Origin: Marsupella aquatica
Taxonomy: Eukaryota > Plantae > Marchantiophyta
Direction of reading: 5' to 3'
Length of the DNA: 64,000 bases
Assembly (NCBI GenBank): GCA_973895155.1
Contig: OZ316894.1
Span: 5,996,368-6,060,367 of the forward strand
How positions within the stretch are numbered: the stretch's first letter is position 1; every line of letters begins with the position of its first letter. Shown in pieces: positions 52,062 to 64,000 of this stretch. The translations under genes and the position numbers were made by a program. A model generated the notes under the pieces. The model worked only from the letters and a program-made list of their open reading frames with translations. It made no database searches and was not told where the DNA came from.

Positions 52062-52411
52062 TGTTGAAGTATGACATCTTCCTTCATAATGATCGATACA
52101 ATCATAACTCATATCATGCACACGTAGTCGACACAATCCATACGTGGTTCACCTCTTCTCCAAGGCTACGTCCACACGAACACTCCAACTTTACTTCAGA
52201 GTAGTCGAACACACAATTAAGCTCTCTCTCTTCCTCAAGTTGTTCCGTTACAATGAGCAAACACAGCATACCAGCGGCTTACACTAGCCCTGGTATATGC
52301 AAGGTCACACACGACTAACCTAACCTTAGCTAAGTCCCTAACTAAGGTTAACTTAATAACCTATGAGTCACAAGACTAAGAGCAATCCTTAACATAAATG
52401 CCCCCTTGACA
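52062..52411 (-). mobile_element. Probable solo LTR (TG...CA)
   Basis: Starts tgttgaag and ends cttgaca. Contains the reverse complement of the Copia-like gtggacgtagcc..ggtgaaccacgta motif. Confidence 0.45.
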
Positions 52412-53259
52412 AATTATGAACCTCCATGTGTCCCTAAACCAACTATGTGCTATCTCAGGAAAATTTGTCTAGACAGTCTGCTTAAGCCAACCCATATACA
52501 AAATGGAGGGCAACCTGATTATTAAAATAGTTTGCAGCACATCTTAGTAATGTAAGTATATAAGCCATCAAAAGCCACTCTTTAGGGCCTCGGGTTAGAT
52601 AGAGTGAAGCCTCTAGACCTTGACTTTGACGACGTTACTGAGATTGAGGGTGTGAGTGATGTTAGACATTTACTCTTAGGTCTAGGGCTATGACTGTAAC
52701 CATAGTTATGGCTGACCTTAGTCACAGACAAGGTCAAGTTAACTAGATTGCGGGCTAGATTGCACACTATATCCCAAGCTGTGTTTGCTTGGATAGGAGG
52801 AACTCAGACTCATTCTTACTGAGCCACTTGAGAGATAGGGAGATTTAGTATTGTGGAGACTCAGTATGACCAAGAGGTCTAGAGTGCAATAAAACTCTTG
52901 AATTGTGCCTTCCTGTGGACATAACCTTAGTTGAGGGGTCCACGTGTCCACTACTTGTGCATTGGATGATCAATCATAGGCTTGCCTTTGTGATTGTCAT
53001 CTATGCTCTACAAGTGAAAAACAAGGATTGGGGTAAGGTATCCTCTGAAAATGACTTAGGGGACTCAAATGTCCTCACCTCTGTTAATGCCTCAAACATT
53101 TAGGTCCGCAAAAAGATCCCTAGCCTGAAAGTACTAGTTTTGGTCTGTAGCCACAAGTGTGTGGACAAGTTTTTTTTGCAACTATAGTTTTGGGAAAACA
53201 ACCTTGACCATAACTGGAGGCAAAATTTGGAGGTTTGAGACACCCTACTCAAACCTCCA

Positions 53260-56200
53260 CATTCACATTGGCTGCGCGTTTGGCGATCGTGGCGTCTTCA
53301 TGACTCGATTTGGGTCAACGTATGAGCGAGTCACATCGGCTTTAGGCCCTCGCTTTCTCCTCCAATTGGTTGTCGCCTTCGGGAGCTGTAGCCGCACGCT
53401 CAATCCAGAGGATGGATCTTCACTCGCATCGACTCCCCAGCGGACAGCTCGACGGGCGCTTCAGCTCTATTCCTTACTGTTCCTGCACCTGCTCAACGGT
53501 TTCCTAGGCTAGCGGTGGCGCCGTTTCTCGGCCTGATGCGGTGGGCTCTCTCCATCGCCTCCCCTTTCTTTTCACCTGCCTCGGTTGGGCCTTTTGTCGC
53601 TTCTTGATGCGTTTTTGCTTTTATCGGATTGCGGCCTGTCATGTCTGCGTTGAGAGTGTTGGCGCGGGGCAAGCGCCCAGCCCCACCCCACACTTCTCCC
53701 CCGTCCTCCCCTCCCCCTCATGGCCATCTTCGTGTTTGCTCTTCTTCATTGGATCTCTCTCATCTTCGTGATGACCCCATGCCCGATGCTCTGCCAGTCC
53801 CACCTGTCTACTGCCCACCCCATCGTCGCCCTGGCTCCTCTCCCCACCCCATTCCCTCTCCACCCATTCATCATCCTCCTCCGGCCTCCTCGTCCACATC
53901 TGTTCCACCCCCACCTCCTATCCAGTCTTTCCCTGCTCCTTCCCTGGACGAGCGTCCCCTGCATACTTGTCCTGACTGTGGGTGGGTTGGCATCTCCCTC
54001 CCTCATCATCGCGGGCGGGGCCGGTGCCATCGTCGCCAGCAAGCACAATCCCAGCCTCAGCCCCCTATTGACCCGGTTAGCTCTGCCCCTCCCTCCTTGG
54101 AGGCTCCCGAGCAGGCATGGAGTTGGGTTCGCACTCTAGACCCCCTTCCAGCCTACCATCCAGGGTACATTAGACCTCGCCTTTATAACCACATTCCTCT
54201 GGCGCTGCGCCCTTTAGTTTGATCCTCCTTGTTGCAACTCATACAACTTATCTTGGCGTATCCTATGGAGGTCTCCTACTGGTCTTTACTGATGCTTTTT
54301 CCACAGTGGTCTCTTACCCTCCCTAGTCATGGTGGTCGTGTGGGTCACCGTGAGACTGCCTCTCGTATCCATCATTTTTTGCGGGGAGATTGGGAGCAGC
54401 TTCAGGAAGAGTACTTTCTTCGCGCCCGGTCTTTTACCGCCCGTGCTTTGTCTGACCTAGCCCGCCACTCTCATCCCCTTGAGCATAGACGTCTTCGTCG
54501 CTCTTGTCGTTTAGCCCAGGCTGGTGAATATTGTCGAGCTGTCCAGGCCCTTTCTCCCACCACACCAGCCCCCCTGGCGAGGTCACCTCGTCGGCCCTTC
54601 AGGATCTCCATCCGCAGCCCCATGATCAGCTCCCTTTGTTCGTAGAGGATTTTGAGCCTGAGGAGGATCTTCAGTTTAGTAGGGACCACTTCATCTATGC
54701 CTTCCTCCATGCCCCGCGCTGCGCTGCTGGTGGCCCCTCCGGCTATGTCTTTGAGCATTTTTGGGATTTATTCCCCCCTGAGGATCCTCAGTTTGGTTTT
54801 CCAGTTTTCTTCTCCTTTTGCCAGTGTATTGCAGCCGGTCGTTTGCCTCCTCCCGTCTCTCGGCTCTTGAGTGCTTCTCGTTTATTGGCCATGGCTAAGT
54901 CTTCACCGGGTGTTCGACCAATTGCTATTGAGGAGGTTTTTCTTCGACTTGTGTCTCGCACACTTTCCTTGCAGTTTTGCTCTGCACTATCGGATCATCT
55001 CTCTCCACATCAGTTTGCAGTTGGCATTCCTGACGGTTGTGAGACAGTTATTGCGGGTATTCGAGCTACCTTGGACCTCCACCCTGATTGGGTTGTCCTC
55101 CAAGTTGATGTCTCTAACGCTTTTAATACGGTTTCTCGAGCAGCCATTTTTTGTGCTTTGAGGGCGGCGGATCCAGACATCCAGTCCCTGATCCCCTTTG
55201 TCCGTTGTTTTTATGGACTCGAGGCCCCACTCTTCTATAGTCATCACTCCTCTACAGGTGTGTATACCACTCTTTCCTCTGCAGAAGGTACTCGTCAGGG
55301 TGACCCTTTGGGTGGGCCTCTTTTTGCCATTGCCCATTTTACAGCTTTACGGGAAGCCGCCATGGCCCACCCCAAGTGTATCTTCCCCTCCCTTTCAGAT
55401 GACACCCACATCATTGGTCCTCCTACTGCGGTTACTTCTGCCCTCGCCACTCTTTCCACCCATTTGATGGGCCTCGGTTTACGAGTTCAGCCTGTGAAGA
55501 GTCGTGCATGGAGTCCAGCTGGGTTACCCTCTGATCTTGCGCTTCCCCAGGGTTCTTACGTCCAGCCGATGGTCTCCGGGTCCTTGGCTCCCCAGTCGGT
55601 ACTGCCTCCTTTTGCTCCTCTTTCATTGTTGACTCTCTACAGGCTGCCTTAGCCTCTACTCCTATGCTCCCTAAGTTAGCAGATTCTCAGGCAGCATTTG
55701 GGATGTTGTTGAGGTGCATCCACCCTCGCACGTCTTATCTGGCTAGGACGCATCCCCCTACTGAGGATCTTTGTCTCCACCTTCGAGCATTTGATGTCTC
55801 CATTCGTCAGACCCTGGCCTCTCTTTTGGGGCCGGGTACATTGCTCTCATCTCCGTGGCTTCATCGACAACTCAGTCTTCCTATTTCGCAGGGTGGTTTT
55901 GGGCTTACTTCCATTGAGAGCCTTGCACCTTTGGCCTTTTTGGGTGCGTGGGCGGCCATCTTCTCATTGTTGGCCGATCATTTTCTTATTGAGGATCGCC
56001 CTTTTTTACTTTCATCTCTCATGGAGGTAGAGGAGGGTTCCCTCCCATTTCAGGTTCATTTGCGCGCAGCGCGGTCCTCATTACCAGATCCCGTTCGCGC
56101 CGCGTTATCTTCTTTTCAGGAGTTTTTATCCTTGGATCCCGTTCGTCTTCAGGTAGACCTTGCTGGGCGTATGCACGCTTTCACCATTTCCAGCATCCTC

Positions 56201-57264
56201 TCCGAGGCACCTGACACGGACCAAGCTCGGATTCTTTCTTCCGGAGGGAAGGGCGCAGGTGGATGGCTTCAGGCCAATCCAGTCATTCCTCATTTGCGGA
56301 TGTCTTCAACGGAGTTCTCCACAGCCATGCGTCTTCGTATGGGGCTGCCCCACCCACTTCTTGCAGGTTTACCTCCTTCTTGCACTTGTGGGAAGCCTTG
56401 TGATGCCACAGGTGTCCATCTTCTTCGGTGTAGTTTGGGAGGTGAAACCATTATTGTTCACGACGCTGTGCGAGATGCGACTGCTCAGGTTCTCTCTGGC
56501 TCTTTGGTATGCGTGCGGCGGGAGGTGGTACTCGAGTTACCTGGTCCTCCATCACAGCGGTTACGGGTGGATCTTACCATGGTCCGTGAGGGTCAACGTA
56601 CATTGGCAGATGTAGTGGTGGCAAACCCATTGCGCCAAGACATCATTGGGACAGTGGCAACTACGGCAGGGGCAGCAGCGTCACGTGCGGCAACAACGAA
56701 GGAGGCCAAATATGCTGCATGAGCTTCATCCGACAACTTCCTCCCCTTGCTCTGGAGCTATTTGGGCGTCTTCATCCTCAGTTTGATGGGCTTCTTCGGC
56801 AAGCTGCCCGGGATGTTCATGGCCGCATGGGTCCCACCGGACCCCCGCTTTCTATTTTGACCACGCACTTTCGCCAACGCATTTCAGTCACCTTGCAGCG
56901 TGCTCAAGCTCGGGCCATCTATCGTCGATCTCTTACAGTGGGTGCTAGTGTGCCTCCGCAGCGACTACCTCCCCTAGAGGATGTTCCAATCCCACTTGCC
57001 GATCTAGTTTTGACCCTTGATGTGGACCAGTAGCTTTTTGCCACATTCGCTAGGAATGATGAGGACCTTGGTCCGCTTGGGTTAGTTTTAGTCTCTCTTT
57101 CTTGGTTTTTAGGGGTTCCCTATTGCTTATTTCTTACTTTTAGTTCCTCTTTCTTGGTGTTTAGTGGTTCCTTTTTGCTCACTTCTTTTTCGATTGGTTT
57201 TGTCCACTTGGGCCCTCTTTTGTTTGTTCATTTGTACTCTGATTGGTCCCTTTGTATATAAAAA
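53260..57264 (+). mobile_element. Non-LTR retrotransposon with RT and restriction-like endonuclease (CRE-like clade), near full length, disrupted
   Basis: One long interrupted ORF (53629-57033): N-terminal CPDC..HH finger; RT motifs GVRPIAI, QFAVG, LQVDVSNAFN, GTRQGDPLG and SLSDD; LPISQGGFG; CTCG..HLLRC knuckle; HDAVRD, RVDL, LADVVVANP, KEAKY and PLALELFGRL (RLE motifs); then a T-rich 3' UTR ending tataaaaa. Stops at 54220 and 56720 and frameshifts near 54575, 55550 and 56720. The 5' boundary is approximate. Confidence 0.9.
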
Positions 57265-60230
57265 GTGTGTATATTTCTACTAATTTATTCAGCAAAAGGG
57301 CACTTACCTAGTACCAGTTTTGACTACTTTGGCAGGGACCTTCCTTGTTGTGGGGGACCCCTTGGCTTGTTTTGGGGCCTTTTCCCCGTCCCTTTTACTC
57401 CCTTTATTGGTTTGCTTCGCCTCCCCTTCCCCTTTACTCCCTTAATTTATTGGGTCGCTTTGCCTTTCTGACCTGTCTCTAGGTCTAGGTTTGGCCTTTC
57501 TGTTATTGGCATTGTTTTATATATACTTTGGGATCCTTTGGGATCCTTTTGGGATTGGCATTGGATATTGGAAAGTGGACGAGGGTCCATAATTATGGGG
57601 TTCGAGTGGAGTGTCACAGAAAGGAGGCACCCCCCTTGGGGGAAGACGTGGGTTGCCCCTAGCTTGCCCCTACAGTAACAAAAATCATGGGATAAAATGA
57701 GCAGCAATTGCCTATCTTAGCAGAGAAATGCACGTCTAAAACGAGCTTTCTTGTCGACTGCAGATTGCAGTCGAAGAAATGAGCACGGCAAGTCGTCAGA
57801 GCACGAAAGCGCTGTTCTCCCGAGAGGGAGAGATTGAGGAGTGTGGTGGAGCAATTCAGTGGGCTGGCCGCCTCCTTGATGCAAAGCCCACGACTCTGAT
57901 TTTGAGACTGTCAAGGTAAGCAAATTGTGATGGAACGTCTCTTGGAATGTCGGTGCTCTGGACGAGCCGTCCAATTCCCTTCTTCTGCATCGCTCTCACA
58001 TGGTATGAATTTGTGTGGTCCTTTCTGTGTGTGGCACTCCCAGGTCTCATGTACTCTGCTCCGGCTCTCCTTGTGATAGAGAATATGTCCAGGTGAGCTT
58101 TGTTACCAATGCAAATTGTGGTTGCTAACAAAGGTTGTGAGCGGGCAGTATTCTCCAATGTTTCAGCTCGTAGGAACTCATTGGGTATTAGTCAGCAGCT
58201 GTTGGCTAGGTGCAGGACTCATCACTGTCTGAAAGACCCTCTTCATTCTGGACTCACTGTTTCAGAGTAGTGGGGTATCCTAGATGCCTGGGCATTTGGA
58301 GAATCTGTCCAAATATCTTCCCAATTGGATACAGGAAGGCTTAGTAGGTTGAAGATTTAAGCACCAAACGGCGATTCGATGCAGGAACCCTTGCAATTCG
58401 AGGCGTGCAGTGCTGGAAGATTTCGCACTAACCAGTCTTAGCTGTGCCTTGCTTCGGGAGCCTTTGCAGAGAATGTAGCAGTAGGGTGGCGTGTCCCATG
58501 TTGTCTGGGGTTCTTGTTCTGTCAATGCAGTACTGCAGATGTTGGATGGTTTTAGAAATGAGTGAAGTGCGGGGCTCTTCCTTCCTCCCGGCGATGCCTA
58601 TATCTCACGTAGTTACCGTGTGGCAGCCACTGCCCTAGAGCTTATTAAACTTTTCCTGACGTTGTTTAGACTTCTTCCAGCGGTTGTGACTGACCCAACC
58701 AAAGAACATTTGGCAACAATCAGAACTTTTTTCATGTCTGGGGATTAATGGTCCATTGCCGGATGAAACGTAGTGCCGACGATGGGTTGTAAGCAAGGAA
58801 GAAAATGAGACGATCGAATTGCCTTGCCCAACTTTTAGGCAAACGAATCTCCCCTATCCCAGACTTCACCCTCTCCTCCTCAGGTCCCTGAGATTTCACA
58901 AGCGTTTTAATGCAAGATGCCGTAGCTAGAGTAGATTATATCTTCGGTATTTGGGTGGTACCGAAAGCGGGATTGCTCGCATTATCGCAGGGAATGTCGG
59001 AATTCGTGATTTTAGATTTACATGCTGTCGAATTCGAATTTATTGTTTCGCAGCATATCATGTCGCTCGTGTCACGTGCTTAAGGTGGCATGAAGCCTTT
59101 CTAGAAGTCAATTCTCCTGCCCTGCCATGCACCGCATCCTTTTTGGGCACTCCTCTTGTAACAGTGCCTGTCCAATTTATGCTGTCCAAGCTACTTCAAA
59201 AGTCTTGCTAAGAAAGGAAACTTGTTACAGAATTTGCGCCGAATCTTCGTTCGAAGATTCTCGTACTTATGGGCCTTGACGTGAGCAGTGGGAGAAAGTG
59301 AAGCTATCCAGATAGTGTCGTGAACAAGAAAGATGGGTGGCTCTTTGCCCAACACGGCAGAGTGGAAGGCGGTGTCGAATTAAGGCGCTGGAGAGGGTGA
59401 GGAGGGGAAAGTCTTGTTGGCGAACCCCACATCCCAAGTTGAAGGGAAAGAGAAGCGCAGTAAGCACCCAGGGCCTTCGTCAGAGCTGCTACTTGATCAG
59501 GAATTAATCACAGAGGTCCAGCATGAAGTAGGGTTGTGCAGGAATCACTCTCCTGACCGAGGCTAGTTTTTAGGGTTTAGACATATGAGGCAACAAAGCA
59601 CGCAGGAGACGGGGTGATTTGCCGATTGGATACACTTCTGATTCTCTCCTTGGTTTACAAAAACAGACACTCCCGTTGTTTGAACTGCTCAGGGTGTTGG
59701 TAAGTGCTCGTCGCTACCATCAGCTTCAAAGTTCCCAGCCTCTCCGAAAAAGCAGGCACTGTATGACTAGTGCGAGAGTCTAAATTTGAGGCATGGTCTT
59801 GTCGTCGAATTCTATGCATTTGCTTAAGTTTCACCCCCGAGACCGGTCGGTGTCGTCTATCTCCAAAGCTGCGGAGGTTGATTGTACCCCTGGGACACTA
59901 TTTGTCAAGACTGCATTGTCTGTCAATTTGAGACTAGCGGCTTAACGATTTCGCCTAGAAACTGCACCAGTGTAGCACGCCATGATCGGTCCTTTGGACC
60001 TCGTTAGGAGTTTAAGATGAACGCGAAATTGACGAAGTTGGATCACGCTGTCAAAACTTTCATTTCAGCGAATTGAGTGGTCGGAATTGAAAAGCTTCTG
60101 GGTTTCATGAATCAAATATATTAGGGTTAGATACGTGTGTACATTCTTTGATGCTGCTGCAAGAAATTTTCCAAAACTCCAGAAAATACCACGTCCTCAA
60201 TATTGGCAATGGAGCAATCGAAGTTGTAGT

Positions 60231-60410
60231 TGTCATGCTGCGGTCTCTGGAGATGTGTGGAGATTGAAGAACTTAGGTTGCTCAGCATCTGCAGTAAGGA
60301 TTGTGTTTTGAAGGCGCTGTCATGCTGCGGTCTCTTGAGATGTGTGGAGATTGAAGAACTGAGGTTGCTCAGCCAGCATCTGTAGAAAGGATTGTGGTTT
60401 TGAAGGCTAA
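60231..60410. repeat. ~87 bp tandem duplication x2 upstream of the metallophosphoesterase ATG
   Basis: tgtcatgctgcggtctct.gagatgtgtggagattgaagaact.aggttgctcagc..aggattgtg.ttttgaaggc occurs twice. Confidence 0.85.
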
Positions 60411-60634
60411 CGTAGTTTACCCCTGATGTGCACCCGCTGTGTGCCTCTGTTTGTGCAGCTACGGAAGTGAGAACACCTTGATAATGGGCACAGTGATGGA
60501 ATAGAATTGGTGAAATCTGCCTCACCTGAGCAAGCTGAGGCATAAGCTTACTTTCCGTGATTGAGACAATTTGGCGTACCAGCTGGACATGAGAGGTGGT
60601 TCTTAAAGTGCAAGGTGATTGACCGCTTAGCACG

Positions 60635-63600
60635 ATGACAACTATGAAGCATCTATTAACTCATAGTTATGAGTACCCGCATGAGCATTCTCGTCATGCC
60701 GTCTTTGCGGTACTCGCAACATCCTTGTTTTTCATCTCCACCGATAATATGCACACATTGGTGCATAAGCTAGACAAGAATATCAAGTGGTGGTCCATCT
60801 ATGGTTTCCTCTTAGGATTTTTTTACTTTTTCTCTTCTCCGTTCCTGGGCAGAACGATTCAGCCTAGCTACTCCAATTTCAGTCGCTGGTAAGCACTCAT
60901 ACATTCCCCTGGATTGTTTCATGGAAGCTAGTTTGTCAGTTTAGCGAAACCTTCATTTCTGGCTCGCACAATGGGAATATATTATGTAAGTCTGTAACGT
61001 TCAATGTGGTTGGTTGTACTGGGTTAGATGTGTACCATTAATCTAAGTTGGGCTTTACTGGCTACTGGTACTGTTATGCTCTCGAATGAATGAGCTAAGC
61101 TGGTATCCTAAATAAAGTTACATTTTCGTCGTATCCAAATGGGTGTTCCGTGTCTTTGGCGTTTGGATGAAGGGTTTGGAAGAACGTTTATGCAAAAGTT
61201 TTTGGGTAGATCCTGTAGCATAAGATTGAAAAGGCTTTTGTCGAGCTGATCATCGATGGCAAAAGAGAGAGAACCTAACGGAGTCTTTGTCACTGTGGCT
61301 GTAGGTACGTAGCATGGCTCCTTGTTGCTGCGGTCTATCACCTCCCAAGTTTTCACACCATGGGAGTGGACATTCGCATGAACTTATCACTCTTTTTGAC
61401 ATTATTTCTGGCGTCAGTGCTGGCTCTACTAGCATTCCATTTTATATTTTTGGGATTGTGGTACATTGGAGTTGCCGCTCGACTCGCAGGGAGGCGCCCT
61501 GAATTTCCCATTATTTTGCAGAACAGCACGGTATGTCGCTACGCTTGTGAACCTGATTCTTTAGTGATTCTAAAATTGGGATGGCTTTGGTTGACTGCCG
61601 TTGAGAAACAGAGCTGGAATTATAGAAGTTGATGAACATCTGCAGTCTACACATGCTAGGAGTCTTGCTGCAGTGTGCTTCGCTGTAACAGTTCAATGTA
61701 ACAGACAAGACCTGGATTAAATTTATCCATCTCATATGGCCTGCAGGTGTTAAGCATTGCATGTTGTGTATTCTACAGCCATTGTGGCAATACTGCAGCA
61801 CTGCAAGCGAAAGCAAGGTCCTTGGGAAGGACATGGTCTAGCAGCCTGCTTTTCGAGGATGCAATGGCTTGGAATCTTACTACCTTGAATATTGGTTGGC
61901 CTCACATGCACCAAGCAAAGGAGCTAGTGTGCAACAACTGGCTTGGTCCTGTAGGGTCAGCCCGGGACTATCCAGTGTTCTCTAAATGGGTTTTGTATGG
62001 AGAGGTGAACTCTTTCCCATGTTCAACCTTTATGAAAAGTCAAGGATGTGCACAGAGGGTAGACTGGAGTGGCGATTTGTACTAAAGTTAAAGTGTATAG
62101 TACTTTTCTTGCTCTAGTTTGCCTTGTTTCGATATGATTTGTGGACGTCGAGTGTTGGGTACTCCATTAGATGTTTGGCTCTTTCATAGAATAGCAGCCT
62201 TCGATGGATTTTGTCCGCTTGGTTGAACTGAAAGAGTACATTTGTGAACCACTATATCAATGATTCAAGCTTCGAGGTCACCATTAGATTTTGTGAAACG
62301 ATCTGGGAGGCATGAACACTGAACGATACCAATGTAAGAGTCTAGTTGAGCCTTGAAATCCCCCTCTAGAAATTGCTTGTGCATCTGAGAAATGACAAGT
62401 TGACTGAACTTTTATAACTTAGAGGGTAGGTGTGGCCAGAACTTGGGGTTTTGGTGTACTTTAGTGCCTCTGGAAACCTACTTTGAATATTTTTCTCCTT
62501 TGCCCATTTACTTAACATAAAACTTGGTCAGGAGGGCGTAATCAAAGTCCTCTTGAGGTACCGGTTTTCAGCAGTTTTTGAAGGTGAGACAGACTATTCT
62601 GTTTGGCGAATTCAGAGGAAACCCGTGAGGCAATGCTTGATTGAAATATGGCAGTAAGAGGAGCAAGGGATTTATTATTTATGGTTAGTATAGCTTTGAA
62701 GCCTTTTAGGTCTGCGTTAGGGTGCTGGAGCAGCAGGCTACCATTACATGTAAGTACTGTGCTGGGGCAGAAGTAGAGGCCGGAGATTTCCGGTAGGGAA
62801 TCACCTCATCAAGTTTACTGCTACGGGAATGGATGGGGTGCCCATTGAAATACAGAAAAGTCAACCCTACATGACATTATAAAGTCGAGGCTTTCCCGTA
62901 CAGCCAGTTTTCGCTTGTAGTTGCTGGACAATTTTTCTCGAATTTGGTTACAAAGATGCGCGCCAATACATCATAACAGCCGCTGGACTTTGGTAATGTT
63001 AACACCAAAGATCCGAATGTCCACCTTTAGGTCGTATTGTTTTGTCAAACTGAACTTTTCAAGTACCACCTAAGTGCCCGAAACCAGGGTAGCCTTGGCT
63101 CGGTGCAATGTTTCGTTAAGATTGTCTTTAAAGGACAACGGAGCCCCCTTTTGAACAGAGAGAGTAACGGAAAAACTGGTGTGTTTCCGAAATTACTGCC
63201 GTCCATAGAATGGCTAACAGGTCACTTTGTTGTGCATGAAACAGATGGTGTGTAATGAGAACGGCGTTGAATCTTCAGACAACATTTCTCCTGTATATTC
63301 ATTATGGGCAACATTTATTGGACTATATGTCGCCAACTATGTTGTGGAGCGGTCAACTGGGTATGAAGTTCGTCTTGAAGAAAGATGCAAGTTTACCCTA
63401 AAGTAGAACAAGGCAAATTAAGGGCCGTAGTCTGCAATGCTACTGATTTTCTTTGTTTATTACAGTGATGTTTTTGCCATATACTTACGTACGTCATTCG
63501 TCAGGCACTCTTTTAGGTTTCCAATGAGGGTCAAGCTTGTAGTTGCCAGATGATCAACAATTCTGGATGCTTGAAACGGCCATCAGTTTAAGTGCCTAAA

Positions 63601-63931
63601 CGATGCTGTTACATCCTGCAGTAAAGCGTTGCCTGGCTGTTGTCGCAGGTGGGCTCTAACACATCCAGATTCAGATCCTGACACACTTCAGGAAAGTACG
63701 GAAACGCATCCAGACTTTTTGGACATGGTGCCTTGGTACTCAGGGTGAGTATTCAGGATCAGATGGAAAATCGTCTTCGGATAAATTAATGTATGGCGAT
63801 GCTTCCAGATTACTAATAGTTGTCTCGCTCATCCATGGGTCAGGACTTCTGCTGATTTGTTCAAGACTGCATTCGATCTTTTGGTGTCTGTGACCCTATT
63901 TCTTGGCCGGTTCGACATGCGAACTATGCAG
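60635..63931 (+). CDS. Membrane-anchored calcineurin-like metallophosphoesterase (At4g11800/At4g23000-like), 5' part; gene continues past the window
   Basis: Exons 60635-60888, 61305-61530, 61747-62004, 63245-63360, 63649-63744 and 63844-63931 splice in frame: YPHEHSRHA, KWWSIY..FFYFFSSPF, YSNFSRWY, RMNLSLFLT, PVGSARDYP, ISPVYSLWATFIGLY.ANYVVERSTGWALTHP and PDFLDMVPWYSGTSADLFKT..GRFDMRTMQ. These match the conserved plant family as I recall it. Confidence 0.9.
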
Positions 63932-64000
63932 GTAGGTAGACTGCAAGAAAACGAATTTCCGGCTACGTAACTATCTACCTTTTTTACTTTTGTGAAGTGC

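Noticed and set aside
21773-53247. tagggcgtctcaaac (~21773) and gtttgagacacccta (~53233) form a 14/15 inverted pair that could define a 31 kb Harbinger
   Set aside because: There is no matching TSD, the interval includes a host dirigent gene, and the right copy is better explained as part of the local hairpin.
57717-60633. ORFs 57856-58158 and 60127-60633 as genes
   Set aside because: No recognisable domains. The latter is antisense to the upstream/5' UTR region of the phosphoesterase gene and is lengthened by an 87 bp duplication.

Overview
Eukaryotic, intron-containing land-plant DNA, probably from a non-seed plant such as a bryophyte (inferred from gene divergence and intron style, not proven). 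There are five host genes: a PHT1 phosphate transporter with an intronless CDS and several upstream P1BS boxes, a TIGR04168-type metallophosphoesterase (minus strand, 9 exons), plastid glyoxylate/succinic semialdehyde reductase GLYR2 (minus strand, 12 exons), a dirigent protein, and the 5' part of an At4g11800/At4g23000-like membrane metallophosphoesterase. The middle of the window is a transposon block with three main elements. (1) A ~6.6 kb PIF/Harbinger element that carries an intact RPA70-C-like OB-fold/zinc-ribbon ORF besides its transposase and Myb/SANT genes. (2) A precisely delimited 10,874 bp element (30793-41666) with 19 bp TIRs and an 8 bp TSD (CAAGGCAC). It encodes a very large P-element/THAP9-type DDE transposase with no THAP domain but with two C2H2 fingers, an AT-hook and a BAH-like tail, plus extra unexplained spliced ORFs. 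(3) A CRE-like non-LTR retrotransposon with RT and a restriction-like endonuclease. The P-like element and the RPA-carrying Harbinger are the best candidates for undescribed systems. All domain calls come from reading motifs by eye; no database search was run.
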